Of a stretch of 64,000 nt of DNA, positions 8,475 to 18,434 are shown piece by piece. Origin of the DNA: Shigella phage Sf21; sequence record MF327007. The stretch is one strand, 5' to 3'. Position 1 is the first letter of the stretch; every line of letters starts with the position of its first letter. Made by a program: the position numbers and the translations under genes. The notes beneath the pieces are model-generated. The model was not told the DNA's origin. It worked only from the letters and a program-made list of their open reading frames with translations, and did no database searches.

Positions 8475-10288
8475 TGGTGCTTAACCCTATGCATGATTTC
8501 TTTATTTTTGCCGAGATTAAATCCGCGTTCGTTCGGATTTCCCAAATAACCACATGTTCTTCTTATTGTGTTCATCTTTTTAGGATCAGTTTCTCCACAA
8601 ATAGAACAAACAAATCCGTTTTCAGTAGGAGTCATTTCATGGGTACTTCCACATGTAAAACATTTATCTACTGGCATATTAACACCAAAATAATCTAAAT
8701 GTTGTGCAGCATAATCCCAGACAGCCTCAAGACCTTTTAGGTTATTTTTCATATCAGGAAGTTCAACATAAGAAATGTGACCACCTGTCGCAATGAAATG
8801 ATATGGGGCTTCGCGAGAAATCTTTTCAAACGGAGTAATATTTTCTTCTACTGAAACATGGAAACTGTTAGTGTACCATCCTTTATCGGTAACATCTTTT
8901 ACACTTCCATATTTTTCTGTATCAAGTTTACAGAAGCGATAACAAAGGTTTTCAGCAGGAGTCGAATACAAACTAAAAGCAAACCCAGTTCTTTCAGCCC
9001 ACTGTTTAAGACGAGCATTCATTTTAGTTAAAATTTCTTGTCCAATATCACGACCGACAAGAATATTCAATTCATGAATACCAATGTATCCTAAAGACAC
9101 TGAACTTCTACCGTTTTTAAATAACTCAATTATGTCGTCATCAGGTTTAAGACGAACCCCGAATGCACCTTCTTGATAAAGAATAGGAGCAACAGTAGCT
9201 TTAACTCCTTTTAAGGAACTAATTCTACACATCAAAGCTTCAAAACATAAATCCATTCGCTCATTGAACAATTCGATAAATTTCTGTTCATTGAACTGTG
9301 TTCCAATATAAGAATCCAACGCAATACGAGGAAGATTCAGTGTTACAACACCAAGATTATTACGTCCATCAAGAATTTCATTACCGGTTGAATCTTTCCA
9401 CGCACTCAAGAAACTGCGGCAACCCATTGGAGAAACAGGAATAGATGAGCCGGTGATAGCTTTATTGTTCTTAGCTGAAATAATATCAGGATACATCCTT
9501 TTGCTTGCACACTCTAGAGCAAGCTGCTTAATATCATAGTTCGGATCGTCTTTATAAAGATTAACACCTTCTTCAACGAACATAACAAGCTTAGGGAAAA
9601 TAGGAGTTATCCCATCACGACCGAGGCCTTTAATACGATTTTTCAGAATTGCTTTCTGAATCATTCGTTCAGTCCAGTCAGTTCCCGTACCAAATGTAAT
9701 TGTTACAAAAGGAGTCTGTCCGTTTGAACTAAAGAGAGTATTTACTTCATATTCATAAGCTTGGAATGCATCGTATACATCTTTTTCTGTTTTAGATTGA
9801 GCATAATTTAACGCATCAGCGATTTGCCATTTTTCTGCATCCTCAATATGTTTTGCATAGGTGCGTTTAACATAAGGAGAAAGTACTTTATCTACATTAG
9901 CAAAAGTCGTTCCGCCATATTGGTGAGAAGCAACTTGCGCAGTAATTTGTGCCATAATTGCAGTAGCAACTCCAATTGATTTAGGAGTTTCAATCTGTGC
10001 ATTACCTAGCTTAAATCCGTTTTCAAGCATTCCTTTTAAATCTACTAAACAACAATTAGTAAATGGAAGAGCAGGGGAATAATCAATATCATGGAAATGA
10101 ATAATTCCGCTTTCATGCGCTTTCATAATAAAAGACGGGACCATATTTTTGGCAATGTGTTTAGACACAATACCAGCCATAAGGTCCCGTTGAGTTGGAA
10201 AAACACGAGAATCTTTATTAGCATTCTCGTTTAAAAGGTCTTTATTAGTTTTATGAATCAATCCTTCAATTTCTTTTTCAATTGTCAT
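8471..10288 (-). CDS. nrdD: Anaerobic ribonucleoside-triphosphate reductase (class III), uninterrupted
   Basis: 605 aa; C-terminal glycyl-radical motif RTCGYLG and Zn-ribbon CFTCGSTHEM...CSICG; single continuous ORF. Confidence 0.95.
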   Translation of the reverse strand: MTIEKEIEGLIHKTNKDLLNENANKDSRVFPTQRDLMAGIVSKHIAKNMVPSFIMKAHESGIIHFHDIDYSPALPFTNCCLVDLKGMLENGFKLGNAQIETPKSIGVATAIMAQITAQVASHQYGGTTFANVDKVLSPYVKRTYAKHIEDAEKWQIADALNYAQSKTEKDVYDAFQAYEYEVNTLFSSNGQTPFVTITFGTGTDWTERMIQKAILKNRIKGLGRDGITPIFPKLVMFVEEGVNLYKDDPNYDIKQLALECASKRMYPDIISAKNNKAITGSSIPVSPMGCRSFLSAWKDSTGNEILDGRNNLGVVTLNLPRIALDSYIGTQFNEQKFIELFNERMDLCFEALMCRISSLKGVKATVAPILYQEGAFGVRLKPDDDIIELFKNGRSSVSLGYIGIHELNILVGRDIGQEILTKMNARLKQWAERTGFAFSLYSTPAENLCYRFCKLDTEKYGSVKDVTDKGWYTNSFHVSVEENITPFEKISREAPYHFIATGGHISYVELPDMKNNLKGLEAVWDYAAQHLDYFGVNMPVDKCFTCGSTHEMTPTENGFVCSICGETDPKKMNTIRRTCGYLGNPNERGFNLGKNKEIMHRVKHQ

Positions 10289-10758
10289 TTTAAACTCTTT
10301 CTAAGCTGCTTCTTAAATGAAGCTATTAATTGTGTTTTAGTGTCAGATTCATTATATTCAAATCCTCTTTGAAGCATCTCAGCCATCATTTCCTCTTTTC
10401 CTAAACGAGAAAATTCCTTTGATTTATCTCCAACAAAGTTAGGGTGAATATTATTTTGGGTGTAATCGGATTTTAAATAAGTAAGTAAATTTTCTAACCA
10501 TTCAAGATAATCAACACCTTGCCCCTTTAAGCCAGAACGATTAAATTTATGTTTCATTTGACCTTCTGCGGCATTGCAGAGATTACAAAGCAATCCACGT
10601 ACCTTTCCTGCTTTTGGTCCATTTAATTCATGGTCATGATCAAGATGATTAGCTTGAACATCAGGATTTAGTTCTCGTTGGCAAATTAAGCATTTACCGT
10701 TTTGTGCATCATAAAATTTCTGTTTTTCTTCTTTGTATAATTTGCCAGTCAATAACAT
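10285..10758 (-). CDS. 49: Endonuclease VII (Holliday junction resolvase)
   Basis: 157 aa; Zn-binding cysteines CLICQ...CNLCN, HNH-like core; position after nrdD. Confidence 0.9.
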   Translation of the reverse strand: MLLTGKLYKEEKQKFYDAQNGKCLICQRELNPDVQANHLDHDHELNGPKAGKVRGLLCNLCNAAEGQMKHKFNRSGLKGQGVDYLEWLENLLTYLKSDYTQNNIHPNFVGDKSKEFSRLGKEEMMAEMLQRGFEYNESDTKTQLIASFKKQLRKSLK

Positions 10759-10799
10759 AATAAACCCTTACCTTAAATAGATAAGGGTATTTATTATTT

Positions 10800-11303
10800 T
10801 CAAGTATTGTAAAACATTTGATGCAATCGCTTATATTGCCGAATCTTTTGGTCAGAAAAAGAAATTTGAGTTTCAAGCCATTCAATGTACTCTGTGGCAG
10901 CTTGCATCAGGTTACCTTCATAGCCATCGTTATTTTCTTGTGCAGCTAATTTAGCTAATGCATATGAAATACGTTCACCTTGAAAATCGGCTTTAGGCTT
11001 CTGAACAACTTGATTAGTTCGCTCTACAACTTCTTCAATTTCGCCATTTTCAACGGATTCAGTATTCCACAAACACCAGTATGTAATTGGCTTATCATAG
11101 ATGTTAATAATCTTTCCGTCGGAAAGTTCAATTTCAATAATTCCAGTATCAGGCTCTATATCATCTTCACATTCTTTTGCAAGTTCACGAACTTTAAAGA
11201 CAGTACCTGCACTAAGTTCCGGCCAGTAATTACACAGCCCTGTATCAGCACGATTAATTCTAAACCACTTATCTACTGTAATCATGTCCCATCTCCATAT
11301 CAA
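10800..11303 (-). CDS. Hypothetical protein (167 aa); occupies the T4 pin (protease inhibitor) position
   Basis: ORF between 49 and nrdC; assignment by synteny only. Confidence 0.5.
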   Translation of the reverse strand: MIWRWDMITVDKWFRINRADTGLCNYWPELSAGTVFKVRELAKECEDDIEPDTGIIEIELSDGKIINIYDKPITYWCLWNTESVENGEIEEVVERTNQVVQKPKADFQGERISYALAKLAAQENNDGYEGNLMQAATEYIEWLETQISFSDQKIRQYKRLHQMFYNT

Positions 11304-11408
11304 TTAAGTCATTTATCGTTGGTTCATTATATATTGTTTCTTCATCAGTGTAAACCGGTTCTTCCGGCTCTGGCTCTACAGTTTCCCATCTAGCCGCCCA
11401 CCAAGGTT

Positions 11409-11729
11409 TTATAGCGTAATCCATTCTCGTACTGTCTGAGTTACTACACGTTCATGGGGCTCGACTAGTTCAACAGTCGGAACTGCATAATACCAGTCAG
11501 AATGATAAGAACCTGACCGAGATTCATTTACAGCCACATGTACATTATGTTTTGGACTAAAGTAAACACACTGACGATATTGACATTTACCATCTTGCAC
11601 CCAGTCTTCTATTTCGACAGGTTTAAGATAATCGGAAAAATCGAAATCATAGTTTTCCGAAAATGCATCATGGTCTTCAATGATTTCGCTCAGAACTGCA
11701 TCAACATCTAATTTATTTTCAATAGTCAT
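11409..11729 (-). CDS. Hypothetical acidic protein (106 aa)
   Basis: ORF on gene strand. Confidence 0.5.
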   Translation of the reverse strand: MTIENKLDVDAVLSEIIEDHDAFSENYDFDFSDYLKPVEIEDWVQDGKCQYRQCVYFSPKHNVHVAVNESRSGSYHSDWYYAVPTVELVEPHERVVTQTVREWITL

Positions 11730-11739
11730 TTTTCACCAA

Positions 11740-11949
11740 TTAATTTCGCAATTTATTAAGTTCTTCATCATCAATCCAGGATTCTAGTCCTGATGGCAGG
11801 TCACATTCAATTTCCCAAAGAAGTTCTTCAATTTTCTGAAGACGATCTAGTTCTTCGGCTGGAATAGTAACCATTGACGGAGCTCGTGATACATTAATAT
11901 CGTAAATCATATTTACCCCAGTTTGACCATGCAATCGCCGTATTTCCAC
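11740..11949 (-). CDS. Hypothetical protein (69 aa)
   Basis: ORF on gene strand. Confidence 0.5.
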   Translation of the reverse strand: MEIRRLHGQTGVNMIYDINVSRAPSMVTIPAEELDRLQKIEELLWEIECDLPSGLESWIDDEELNKLRN

Positions 11950-12128
11950 TTAGAAATAGACTTTTCGCCATTAGAATAATAAACTTCGAGTTTAGCACGA
12001 TTATTTTTAATTTGAATAACCTTGGCTGTCATCAAAGTTCCATACCCATAATAAACTGCAACTTCATCACCTACATATACCGCGCTTCCGCGGTAATCAT
12101 GAATATAGTCAGTTCCTTCGAGCATCAT
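11913..12128 (-). CDS. Hypothetical protein (71 aa)
   Basis: ORF on gene strand. Confidence 0.5.
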   Translation of the reverse strand: MMLEGTDYIHDYRGSAVYVGDEVAVYYGYGTLMTAKVIQIKNNRAKLEVYYSNGEKSISKWKYGDCMVKLG

Positions 12129-12388
12129 TTAAAATATTCTCGCAGTTGGTCAAATCCACCAATATGACTTCCATCAGGAGCAAATACCTGAGGCATTGTC
12201 AAGCCGATTTGAGTATCACGACCTAGTTTAGTCAGAAGCTCAGCGATTTTCTCATCATCAAAAACACCTTTTTCCGGCATAATGTTGATAAATTCAAACG
12301 GCTGTTTCTTCACAGTCAAAAGACGTTTTGCATTATCGCAATACACGCATTTATGAATGTTGCTATCATAACCATATACTTTAAACAT
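12125..12388 (-). CDS. nrdC: Glutaredoxin/thioredoxin
   Basis: 87 aa; MFKVYGYDSNIHKCVYCDNAKRLL with CVYC active site. Confidence 0.9.
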   Translation of the reverse strand: MFKVYGYDSNIHKCVYCDNAKRLLTVKKQPFEFINIMPEKGVFDDEKIAELLTKLGRDTQIGLTMPQVFAPDGSHIGGFDQLREYFK

Positions 12389-12389
12389 A

Positions 12390-12632
12390 TTATTCCTTAA
12401 TTCCTAGTACTTGTTTAAAAGTCTCGTCGTAATCAAGACTTTGGCCCGTTTGTTCTTTATGTTTGTATATAATATCACTTACTTCTGATAGCATATTTTT
12501 ATATGAACGAGTTAAAGCAGATTTAAGCACGCTGTATCTATCAGGAAATTTACCATGTTCATTATAATAAGCTATTGCTAATTCACGGACTGCCTTTTCA
12601 GCAGCCTCCATATATTCTTTACGCTTGGTCAT
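12390..12632 (-). CDS. Hypothetical protein (80 aa)
   Basis: ORF on gene strand. Confidence 0.5.
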   Translation of the reverse strand: MTKRKEYMEAAEKAVRELAIAYYNEHGKFPDRYSVLKSALTRSYKNMLSEVSDIIYKHKEQTGQSLDYDETFKQVLGIKE

Positions 12633-12634
12633 TT

Positions 12635-13024
12635 TTAATCCAAAATATTATTAGGCATTGGTTGAACACTCACAAGTTCTTTAAAGAACTCAGTAGAGTC
12701 AGGCAATTTAACCATTTCCGGAGCATGCTTACTGAATTTATGTTTACATTGACGGCATTTATATTCAAGCTCTGGTTTACGCCAGTTAATCAACTGAACT
12801 TGTTCAGTACCGCATTCAGGGCAATTAGGAACGTTTTTAGAAGCTCTTTCACGTCGTTCAACCATAGCCATAATAGCATCCCATGCTGGAGGTTTAAAAT
12901 CTAAATCGTCGCAGCCGTGAATCTTTCCACGCATTTCCATATCATCTTCCTCACCAGCCATAATAATTTTAATTAAACTGGAATTACTTGAAGCTGCAAT
13001 GTCTTCTAATAAACGCTTTTTCAT
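12635..13024 (-). CDS. Hypothetical Zn-ribbon protein (129 aa)
   Basis: CPECGT...CRQCKHKF cysteine pairs. Confidence 0.55.
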   Translation of the reverse strand: MKKRLLEDIAASSNSSLIKIIMAGEEDDMEMRGKIHGCDDLDFKPPAWDAIMAMVERRERASKNVPNCPECGTEQVQLINWRKPELEYKCRQCKHKFSKHAPEMVKLPDSTEFFKELVSVQPMPNNILD

Positions 13025-13950
13025 TTCAATACCTCAATAGCATTACGTAAACCATTTGCTTTTGCATTAAGAGCTTTTAACAATTTGGTGTGTTCTGCAA
13101 TTTGGGCTTCAACTTCAATCAAACGGGCATTGAGATATTCACGTTCTTCACTCAGATTATCAACCTTTTCTACTTTAGGCTCTTTTACAACTGTCTTATA
13201 TGTATTAGGGTTCTTCAGTTTAATTAGAATGCGTGAACTGTATAACATTGAACCATTATCTTCGGTTTCGTCATACATTTCCACTACGTCCATAATTTTT
13301 AACATCATGCGGAGTTTATAAGACAACGAACGAATAGTTTTGTTGTGCTTATTAATTTCTTTAGCTGTCATGGTGCCAAGATTACGTGAGTAATAATAAG
13401 GAACCTGGATATTAATTAATACTGATGAACCACCTGGCTTGTGTGCTACTTCATCAGCAATAACCCAGTCCTTAACATGAACTGTATTTGTACGGTCATC
13501 GCCCGCGGTAAATAGTTTGCGAGCATGCTTAAAAAGCATATTCACTTGGTCATTGAATTGACAAGCAAATTTATCAGCAAATTTAGTTTCAGGAATGGTA
13601 GAAAACCAATCAGCCAAATGAGTCTTTTTAACATCATTAACAATAGTAAATTCAACCAAATCGGTTATAGATGTCTCAGATTTAATGAAGCTCGGCTTCA
13701 TAAAGTTTTTAATGTTCTCATGAGCTACAGTAGAAGATAACATACGAGAACGTTTAAACCATTCAAGCAAATTGCCTAACGAATGAGAATAAGCGTTTTG
13801 AGTATCTTTACAGATATGATTTTCCTGACCAACATATTGAAGGAAATCACGAAGAATATTATTGATTACTGCTCTGTGCCCGATCTGATAATTACGGTGT
13901 TTAGTAATAAGACTGTCAAAATAATCAATATAATGTTTACGAGTTTTCAT
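13021..13950 (-). CDS. Hypothetical protein (309 aa) with C-terminal coiled coil
   Basis: Long ORF; heptad-like C-terminus EEREYLNARLIEVEAQIAEHTKLLKALNAKANGL. Confidence 0.6.
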   Translation of the reverse strand: MKTRKHYIDYFDSLITKHRNYQIGHRAVINNILRDFLQYVGQENHICKDTQNAYSHSLGNLLEWFKRSRMLSSTVAHENIKNFMKPSFIKSETSITDLVEFTIVNDVKKTHLADWFSTIPETKFADKFACQFNDQVNMLFKHARKLFTAGDDRTNTVHVKDWVIADEVAHKPGGSSVLINIQVPYYYSRNLGTMTAKEINKHNKTIRSLSYKLRMMLKIMDVVEMYDETEDNGSMLYSSRILIKLKNPNTYKTVVKEPKVEKVDNLSEEREYLNARLIEVEAQIAEHTKLLKALNAKANGLRNAIEVLK

Positions 13951-14002
13951 ATTCTTCTCACTTGGTTAATGGTTTATACTCCGAGCCATCCTTGGCTTTA
14001 AA

Positions 14003-15004
14003 TTACTTAATTAACTGTAAAGCTTGTTCAAGACGATCAAGACGATTAACGGATTCTTCCCAAATCTTTTTAGCCTGCTCATATTCTTTCTGCGCTTTAT
14101 TAGAAATTTCTAGAACTTCTTTATAAGCTTTTTCTAGTGCAATAACTTCTGGACGAATTTCTACTGGTTCAGGCGAATCGTCAAGACATTCCATTAGTTC
14201 CTCAAGGGTAGTTTCTTCTTTAGGAGTATTCACAATTTCATCACATTTTTGTTGGTAAATTTCTTTATCAGTCGGTGAGTACGCACACTTTACTTCACGG
14301 AGACTAACTACAATTTTATATCCTTCCCAACCGCATATATTCTTAAAAGGATAAGTATGAATATTTTCTACTGTTTCCATACAAAGTAATGCGGTCTCTA
14401 ACTGACGAGTTATATCGCTAGCAATTGAGAAAAATTTATTAATGTTCTTTTGATTAGCTTCTGGTGTAAAAAATTCATAATTCACAAAAATAGCTGCTTT
14501 ATTTTTATCAAGCTCATATTCTTTTATGATAATCATATCAGAAGCCCAAGGATGGATTTGACGATAATCACCATAGCATAATTTAGAAGCTGATTTTAGA
14601 ATTTGCTTCTTGAAAAGTCTAAAATTACTAATCCAACGACGAGTAAAAATATTCTCAGGGTCTTCTTTATTATTAAGATGATAAGAATTAACATCACCGA
14701 ACCAACTGTATCCTACTACATCTTTAGTTCGTTTAATTTCTTTCCCAAATTTACCAAGAATATCTTGATTAACTAAATATGAAAGAAGACGAGAACCTTT
14801 AAAAGTTTCCTTAATATCATCTTTATATTCGCGACTAGAAATTTTATGAACTTCATGAATAAATTTGCTTGAAGAAACAATACTTGCATCAATATTATTG
14901 AGCCATTGATTGATAATGGAAATAACACTATTCTGACTAAACACAGGTTTAACTTTATCATCAATAACGCTATTGAATGATTTGATATATTCGTTACGAG
15001 TCAT
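14003..15004 (-). CDS. Hypothetical protein (333 aa) with C-terminal coiled coil
   Basis: Start set at the Met preceded by a GAGGAG Shine-Dalgarno (ORF track extends to 15055); coiled-coil C-terminus. Confidence 0.6.
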   Translation of the reverse strand: MTRNEYIKSFNSVIDDKVKPVFSQNSVISIINQWLNNIDASIVSSSKFIHEVHKISSREYKDDIKETFKGSRLLSYLVNQDILGKFGKEIKRTKDVVGYSWFGDVNSYHLNNKEDPENIFTRRWISNFRLFKKQILKSASKLCYGDYRQIHPWASDMIIIKEYELDKNKAAIFVNYEFFTPEANQKNINKFFSIASDITRQLETALLCMETVENIHTYPFKNICGWEGYKIVVSLREVKCAYSPTDKEIYQQKCDEIVNTPKEETTLEELMECLDDSPEPVEIRPEVIALEKAYKEVLEISNKAQKEYEQAKKIWEESVNRLDRLEQALQLIK

Positions 15005-15061
15005 ATTAATCTCCTCAGTAGAAAGTAAGAACATTATACCACATCCTTGTGGCAAAGTAAA

Positions 15062-16075
15062 CTAGTTTAGTGCATTGTTCAGTTTAGAACGTTGCTTCGT
15101 AAGATTTTTGACTTTTTCTTGAGCTTTTTCTAGCATCTTTTCAGCTTCTAACACTTCATTAGTTGCTTTAACGAGTTCATCATCTACTGCCTTGATAGAC
15201 TTCTCAATCGCATCCGCGTGCCATTTTTCAACAGGTTTAAAACTCGGATTTTCAACAGGAAGAAAATTCACTTTATTGAATTTCCATGTATCTTTATTAC
15301 CTGAACTATACATCCAAAATTTAGGATCGTTTGATGAGTAATTGGATAAATTTAAGATATCTTGCACTTCCTGCTTTTTCTCTTGCGGGACTTCGTCCTT
15401 TCTCAAAAAATCGTATTTAAATGAAACGATCATATCAAGTTCATACGTTGTTGTATGTTCCCAATTTCGCTCAAAATGAGGTAAAATCTTAGACTGAACC
15501 GCGGCAACTACATCCATATACTTAAATGCTTCTGTCAACTGTGATTTAAGGCATTCACAAATTGAAAGAGAATTTTTTGTATTAGGTTTAAAGCTAATTC
15601 GTGCAGTTCTGTTATTTTCTTTTAATGGTCTTACTTCCATCTGAAGAGTATAACCATCAAATTTCAGATTCTTTAAGTTAATATCAGAACCTTTTAATCG
15701 ACTAGCCGTCGACAAAATTTGCTTTAATTGTTTACGGAATAGAGCAATAAATCTCCACTCAATACGATAATGATTTGGATTAAAAAATCCAGATGATAAA
15801 TCAACCTTACTCTGACCAACGCCTTGAACAAATAGAGGATTTTTATAATCAATAGTTTTACAGAAATCGGTGAGCTGTTCACGAGCAGTCATTTGAGTAA
15901 TATACCCAGCTTCATTAAAATTACGCACCCATTCACTGCTGTTCAAATGTTTAAAGGCATGAATTGAACAATTAACTTTACCAAGGTCTAAATTATTTTC
16001 ACACAAAAATGTCATAGCATCACGAGTATAGCTGGCATTACGAACCATATCTTCAATTTGAGAACGAGTTTTCAT
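15062..16075 (-). CDS. Hypothetical protein (337 aa) with C-terminal coiled coil
   Basis: Long ORF; coiled-coil C-terminus. Confidence 0.6.
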   Translation of the reverse strand: MKTRSQIEDMVRNASYTRDAMTFLCENNLDLGKVNCSIHAFKHLNSSEWVRNFNEAGYITQMTAREQLTDFCKTIDYKNPLFVQGVGQSKVDLSSGFFNPNHYRIEWRFIALFRKQLKQILSTASRLKGSDINLKNLKFDGYTLQMEVRPLKENNRTARISFKPNTKNSLSICECLKSQLTEAFKYMDVVAAVQSKILPHFERNWEHTTTYELDMIVSFKYDFLRKDEVPQEKKQEVQDILNLSNYSSNDPKFWMYSSGNKDTWKFNKVNFLPVENPSFKPVEKWHADAIEKSIKAVDDELVKATNEVLEAEKMLEKAQEKVKNLTKQRSKLNNALN

Positions 16076-16083
16076 AGTGTTCC

Positions 16084-16986
16084 TTAAGATTTAAGTAAAT
16101 CAACAATTTTAATTAATTTTTCACGCTCAGATTTAGCTTTACTACTCAATCCAGATAGTCTGAAAATTTCATCGTCATATTGTTGAATAGAAATATTCAG
16201 CTCTTCAATTTGCTTATTAAAATAATCAATTTGTTCAGAATGTTTTTCGTTACTACGAACTGGTACAGGTTTTGTAGGCAATTTAGTTGAACTGGATTCA
16301 TCCGGGCGATAAATTAAAATACAACTTGAACCAATCGGACATTTAGCACCAGATGAATATTCTAATGTTCCGGCTTCTTTTAAAACTTCAAAAGCTAAAC
16401 AGAGATGATGCCCCATATTAACATAATCTGTAGAGTGAGCTCTGATATAATAATCATCGCCACGAATACTAAATTTAAAGCATTTAAGGTCTTCTGTATT
16501 ATTAGTTTTAAAAATCATCTGTTTATCTAAACCTTTAGCTAATCGAGCGCCTAATGCTAATAATCGTCGTTGATTTTCCCACAAATCTGCGATCATTTGG
16601 TCAAATGATAATTTCGGCATTAGTCGACCATAAAGGTCATATCCTTTATTATAATTGCGAAGGATTTCACTCGCATTAATACGAGACAACGCTCCAATTT
16701 TATTAAGGGCTTTCATGATGCGATTAGATAAACCCATTCCAGACCCATTTGTTCGTTGTAAATGTTTTTCTAATCCAAATCCAATATCAACTTTAAATTT
16801 ATCTAAAATTTCAGCATGAACATCTCTGTTAATAACATTCAAATCCAAAGTTGGGTTAAATCTATGAAAAAATTTATCTGGCTCTCCACGACGAAGTACA
16901 GTCCATTCATTTAATTTTTTATTAACTAAAGATTTAATTACTGCATTGACATTATTAATTACTACTGACATATTTTTCTCACTCAA
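16084..16986 (-). CDS. Hypothetical protein (300 aa) with C-terminal coiled coil
   Basis: Long ORF; coiled-coil C-terminus. Confidence 0.6.
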   Translation of the reverse strand: MSEKNMSVVINNVNAVIKSLVNKKLNEWTVLRRGEPDKFFHRFNPTLDLNVINRDVHAEILDKFKVDIGFGLEKHLQRTNGSGMGLSNRIMKALNKIGALSRINASEILRNYNKGYDLYGRLMPKLSFDQMIADLWENQRRLLALGARLAKGLDKQMIFKTNNTEDLKCFKFSIRGDDYYIRAHSTDYVNMGHHLCLAFEVLKEAGTLEYSSGAKCPIGSSCILIYRPDESSSTKLPTKPVPVRSNEKHSEQIDYFNKQIEELNISIQQYDDEIFRLSGLSSKAKSEREKLIKIVDLLKS

Positions 16987-17387
16987 TTTTCAATTTTACT
17001 AAATACACAGAATATGATGGAAAAGACTATATAAGCACCGCATACAGATTGAACTAATACCATTCCAAAGAACCAAACAATATTATCAAACAATGTCTGT
17101 TTTACGTCGAAAGGACGTAAACTTACAGTAATATTATCGCCTTTTTCTATTGATGAATACATCTCTGGTGAAATATATTCACTAAATCTATAACCGTCTT
17201 TGAGTTCATATACGGCAATAAACGATAAACTAGACCCCTTTCCTTGAGTTCCTGTAAGGGTATTAACTACAGTAACATCATAATCTTTATAATGCATATA
17301 ATCATTAATTGCATAATAACCATATGCAACTACTACACATAAACAACATATCAATAAATTCAATCTTTTAATTATCAACTGTTTCAT
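16983..17387 (-). CDS. Membrane protein (134 aa)
   Basis: N- and C-terminal hydrophobic helices. Confidence 0.55.
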   Translation of the reverse strand: MKQLIIKRLNLLICCLCVVVAYGYYAINDYMHYKDYDVTVVNTLTGTQGKGSSLSFIAVYELKDGYRFSEYISPEMYSSIEKGDNITVSLRPFDVKQTLFDNIVWFFGMVLVQSVCGAYIVFSIIFCVFSKIEN

Positions 17388-17442
17388 AATAATCTCAATT
17401 AAAAGGGCTTAGAACCATTATACCATCCTTGGTATAAAGCGG

Positions 17443-17970
17443 TTATGCGAGTACCGTCTTTAACCGTTCTTCAAATTTCCGAAGAGTGTTCTGGCGTTCA
17501 GCTCTTTGCTTTTTATAAGTTTCAATACGCTCTGAAATGAGAGTGTATCGTTCATTTACTGATTCTTTCATAAAATCAGGAATTTCACGAGAAGCTTTAA
17601 TCTCGTCAAATTTATCAATAACTGCTTGCTCTTCAGCAATTAAGTTATCATACATCAAAATATCTTTCTTGATGAACTCAATATCTTCTTGAGTTACACG
17701 AGATAATTTAGATGCTTTATCCTTTTTGTACTGTTCGTTAGTATCACGAGACCAGTGTAATGTACGATTTTTATTCGTATTCTTGTAAATTTCTACAATA
17801 CCAATCTCATCGATAATAACGATCCAATTCCAACGAGATTTGTAAATTTGTCCTCCGTCAACCGTGATTTCACCTCCGATTGAGATGTCATTAAAGAACT
17901 TGCTTTGTGCTTCAGATTTAAATTTACCATCGTTGTAATTTACCAGGTTGAAAATATCTTTAGCGTTCAT
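17443..17970 (-). CDS. Hypothetical protein (175 aa)
   Basis: ORF 29 nt downstream of an early-type promoter. Confidence 0.6.
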   Translation of the reverse strand: MNAKDIFNLVNYNDGKFKSEAQSKFFNDISIGGEITVDGGQIYKSRWNWIVIIDEIGIVEIYKNTNKNRTLHWSRDTNEQYKKDKASKLSRVTQEDIEFIKKDILMYDNLIAEEQAVIDKFDEIKASREIPDFMKESVNERYTLISERIETYKKQRAERQNTLRKFEERLKTVLA

Positions 17971-17998
17971 TTTGTGTTCCTCCGTAGTTGATAGTTGT

Positions 17999-18028
17999 AT
18001 AGTACCACAGAGGAACAGTCTTGTAAAC
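17999..18028 (-). promoter_or_regulatory. Early promoter (GTTTAC -35, 18-bp spacer, TACTAT -10)
   Basis: Minus-strand GTTTAC and TACTAT with A-rich upstream element; drives 17443-17970. Confidence 0.65.
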
Positions 18029-18030
18029 CA

Positions 18031-18345
18031 CTAAAAGAAACTTCTTTCACAATTTTTTCCACTGAACCACGCGCTCACTGCTTTCTTAGTCTCAGGAGCA
18101 GTGTTATCCATAAACCATTCAAAGGCAGCCTTTTTATGATTCTGGAGGGCTTCTCGGGCTTTAATCTGCTCACGGTCTATTAACACTAACATATGAGCCT
18201 TTCTTGTCACCATGGGCTTCTTATGATTTTTTGAATATTCCCAATCATTTGTCCATCGCATCGTTGTTGCGAATTGAAGTACAGCTTCTTTAATTTTAGT
18301 TTCGTAAATTTCACGAGCCTTTGAGTATAACATCATTACCTCCAT
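18031..18345 (-). CDS. Hypothetical protein (104 aa)
   Basis: ORF on gene strand. Confidence 0.5.
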   Translation of the reverse strand: MEVMMLYSKAREIYETKIKEAVLQFATTMRWTNDWEYSKNHKKPMVTRKAHMLVLIDREQIKAREALQNHKKAAFEWFMDNTAPETKKAVSAWFSGKNCERSFF

Positions 18346-18434
18346 TTACCAGTTTAATTCTAGTCATCTTTTTGATGGCAGTCCATATAATCTATTTCTG
18401 AACTGCCTTTTTGTCATAGAAGTCCTCTTATGAA

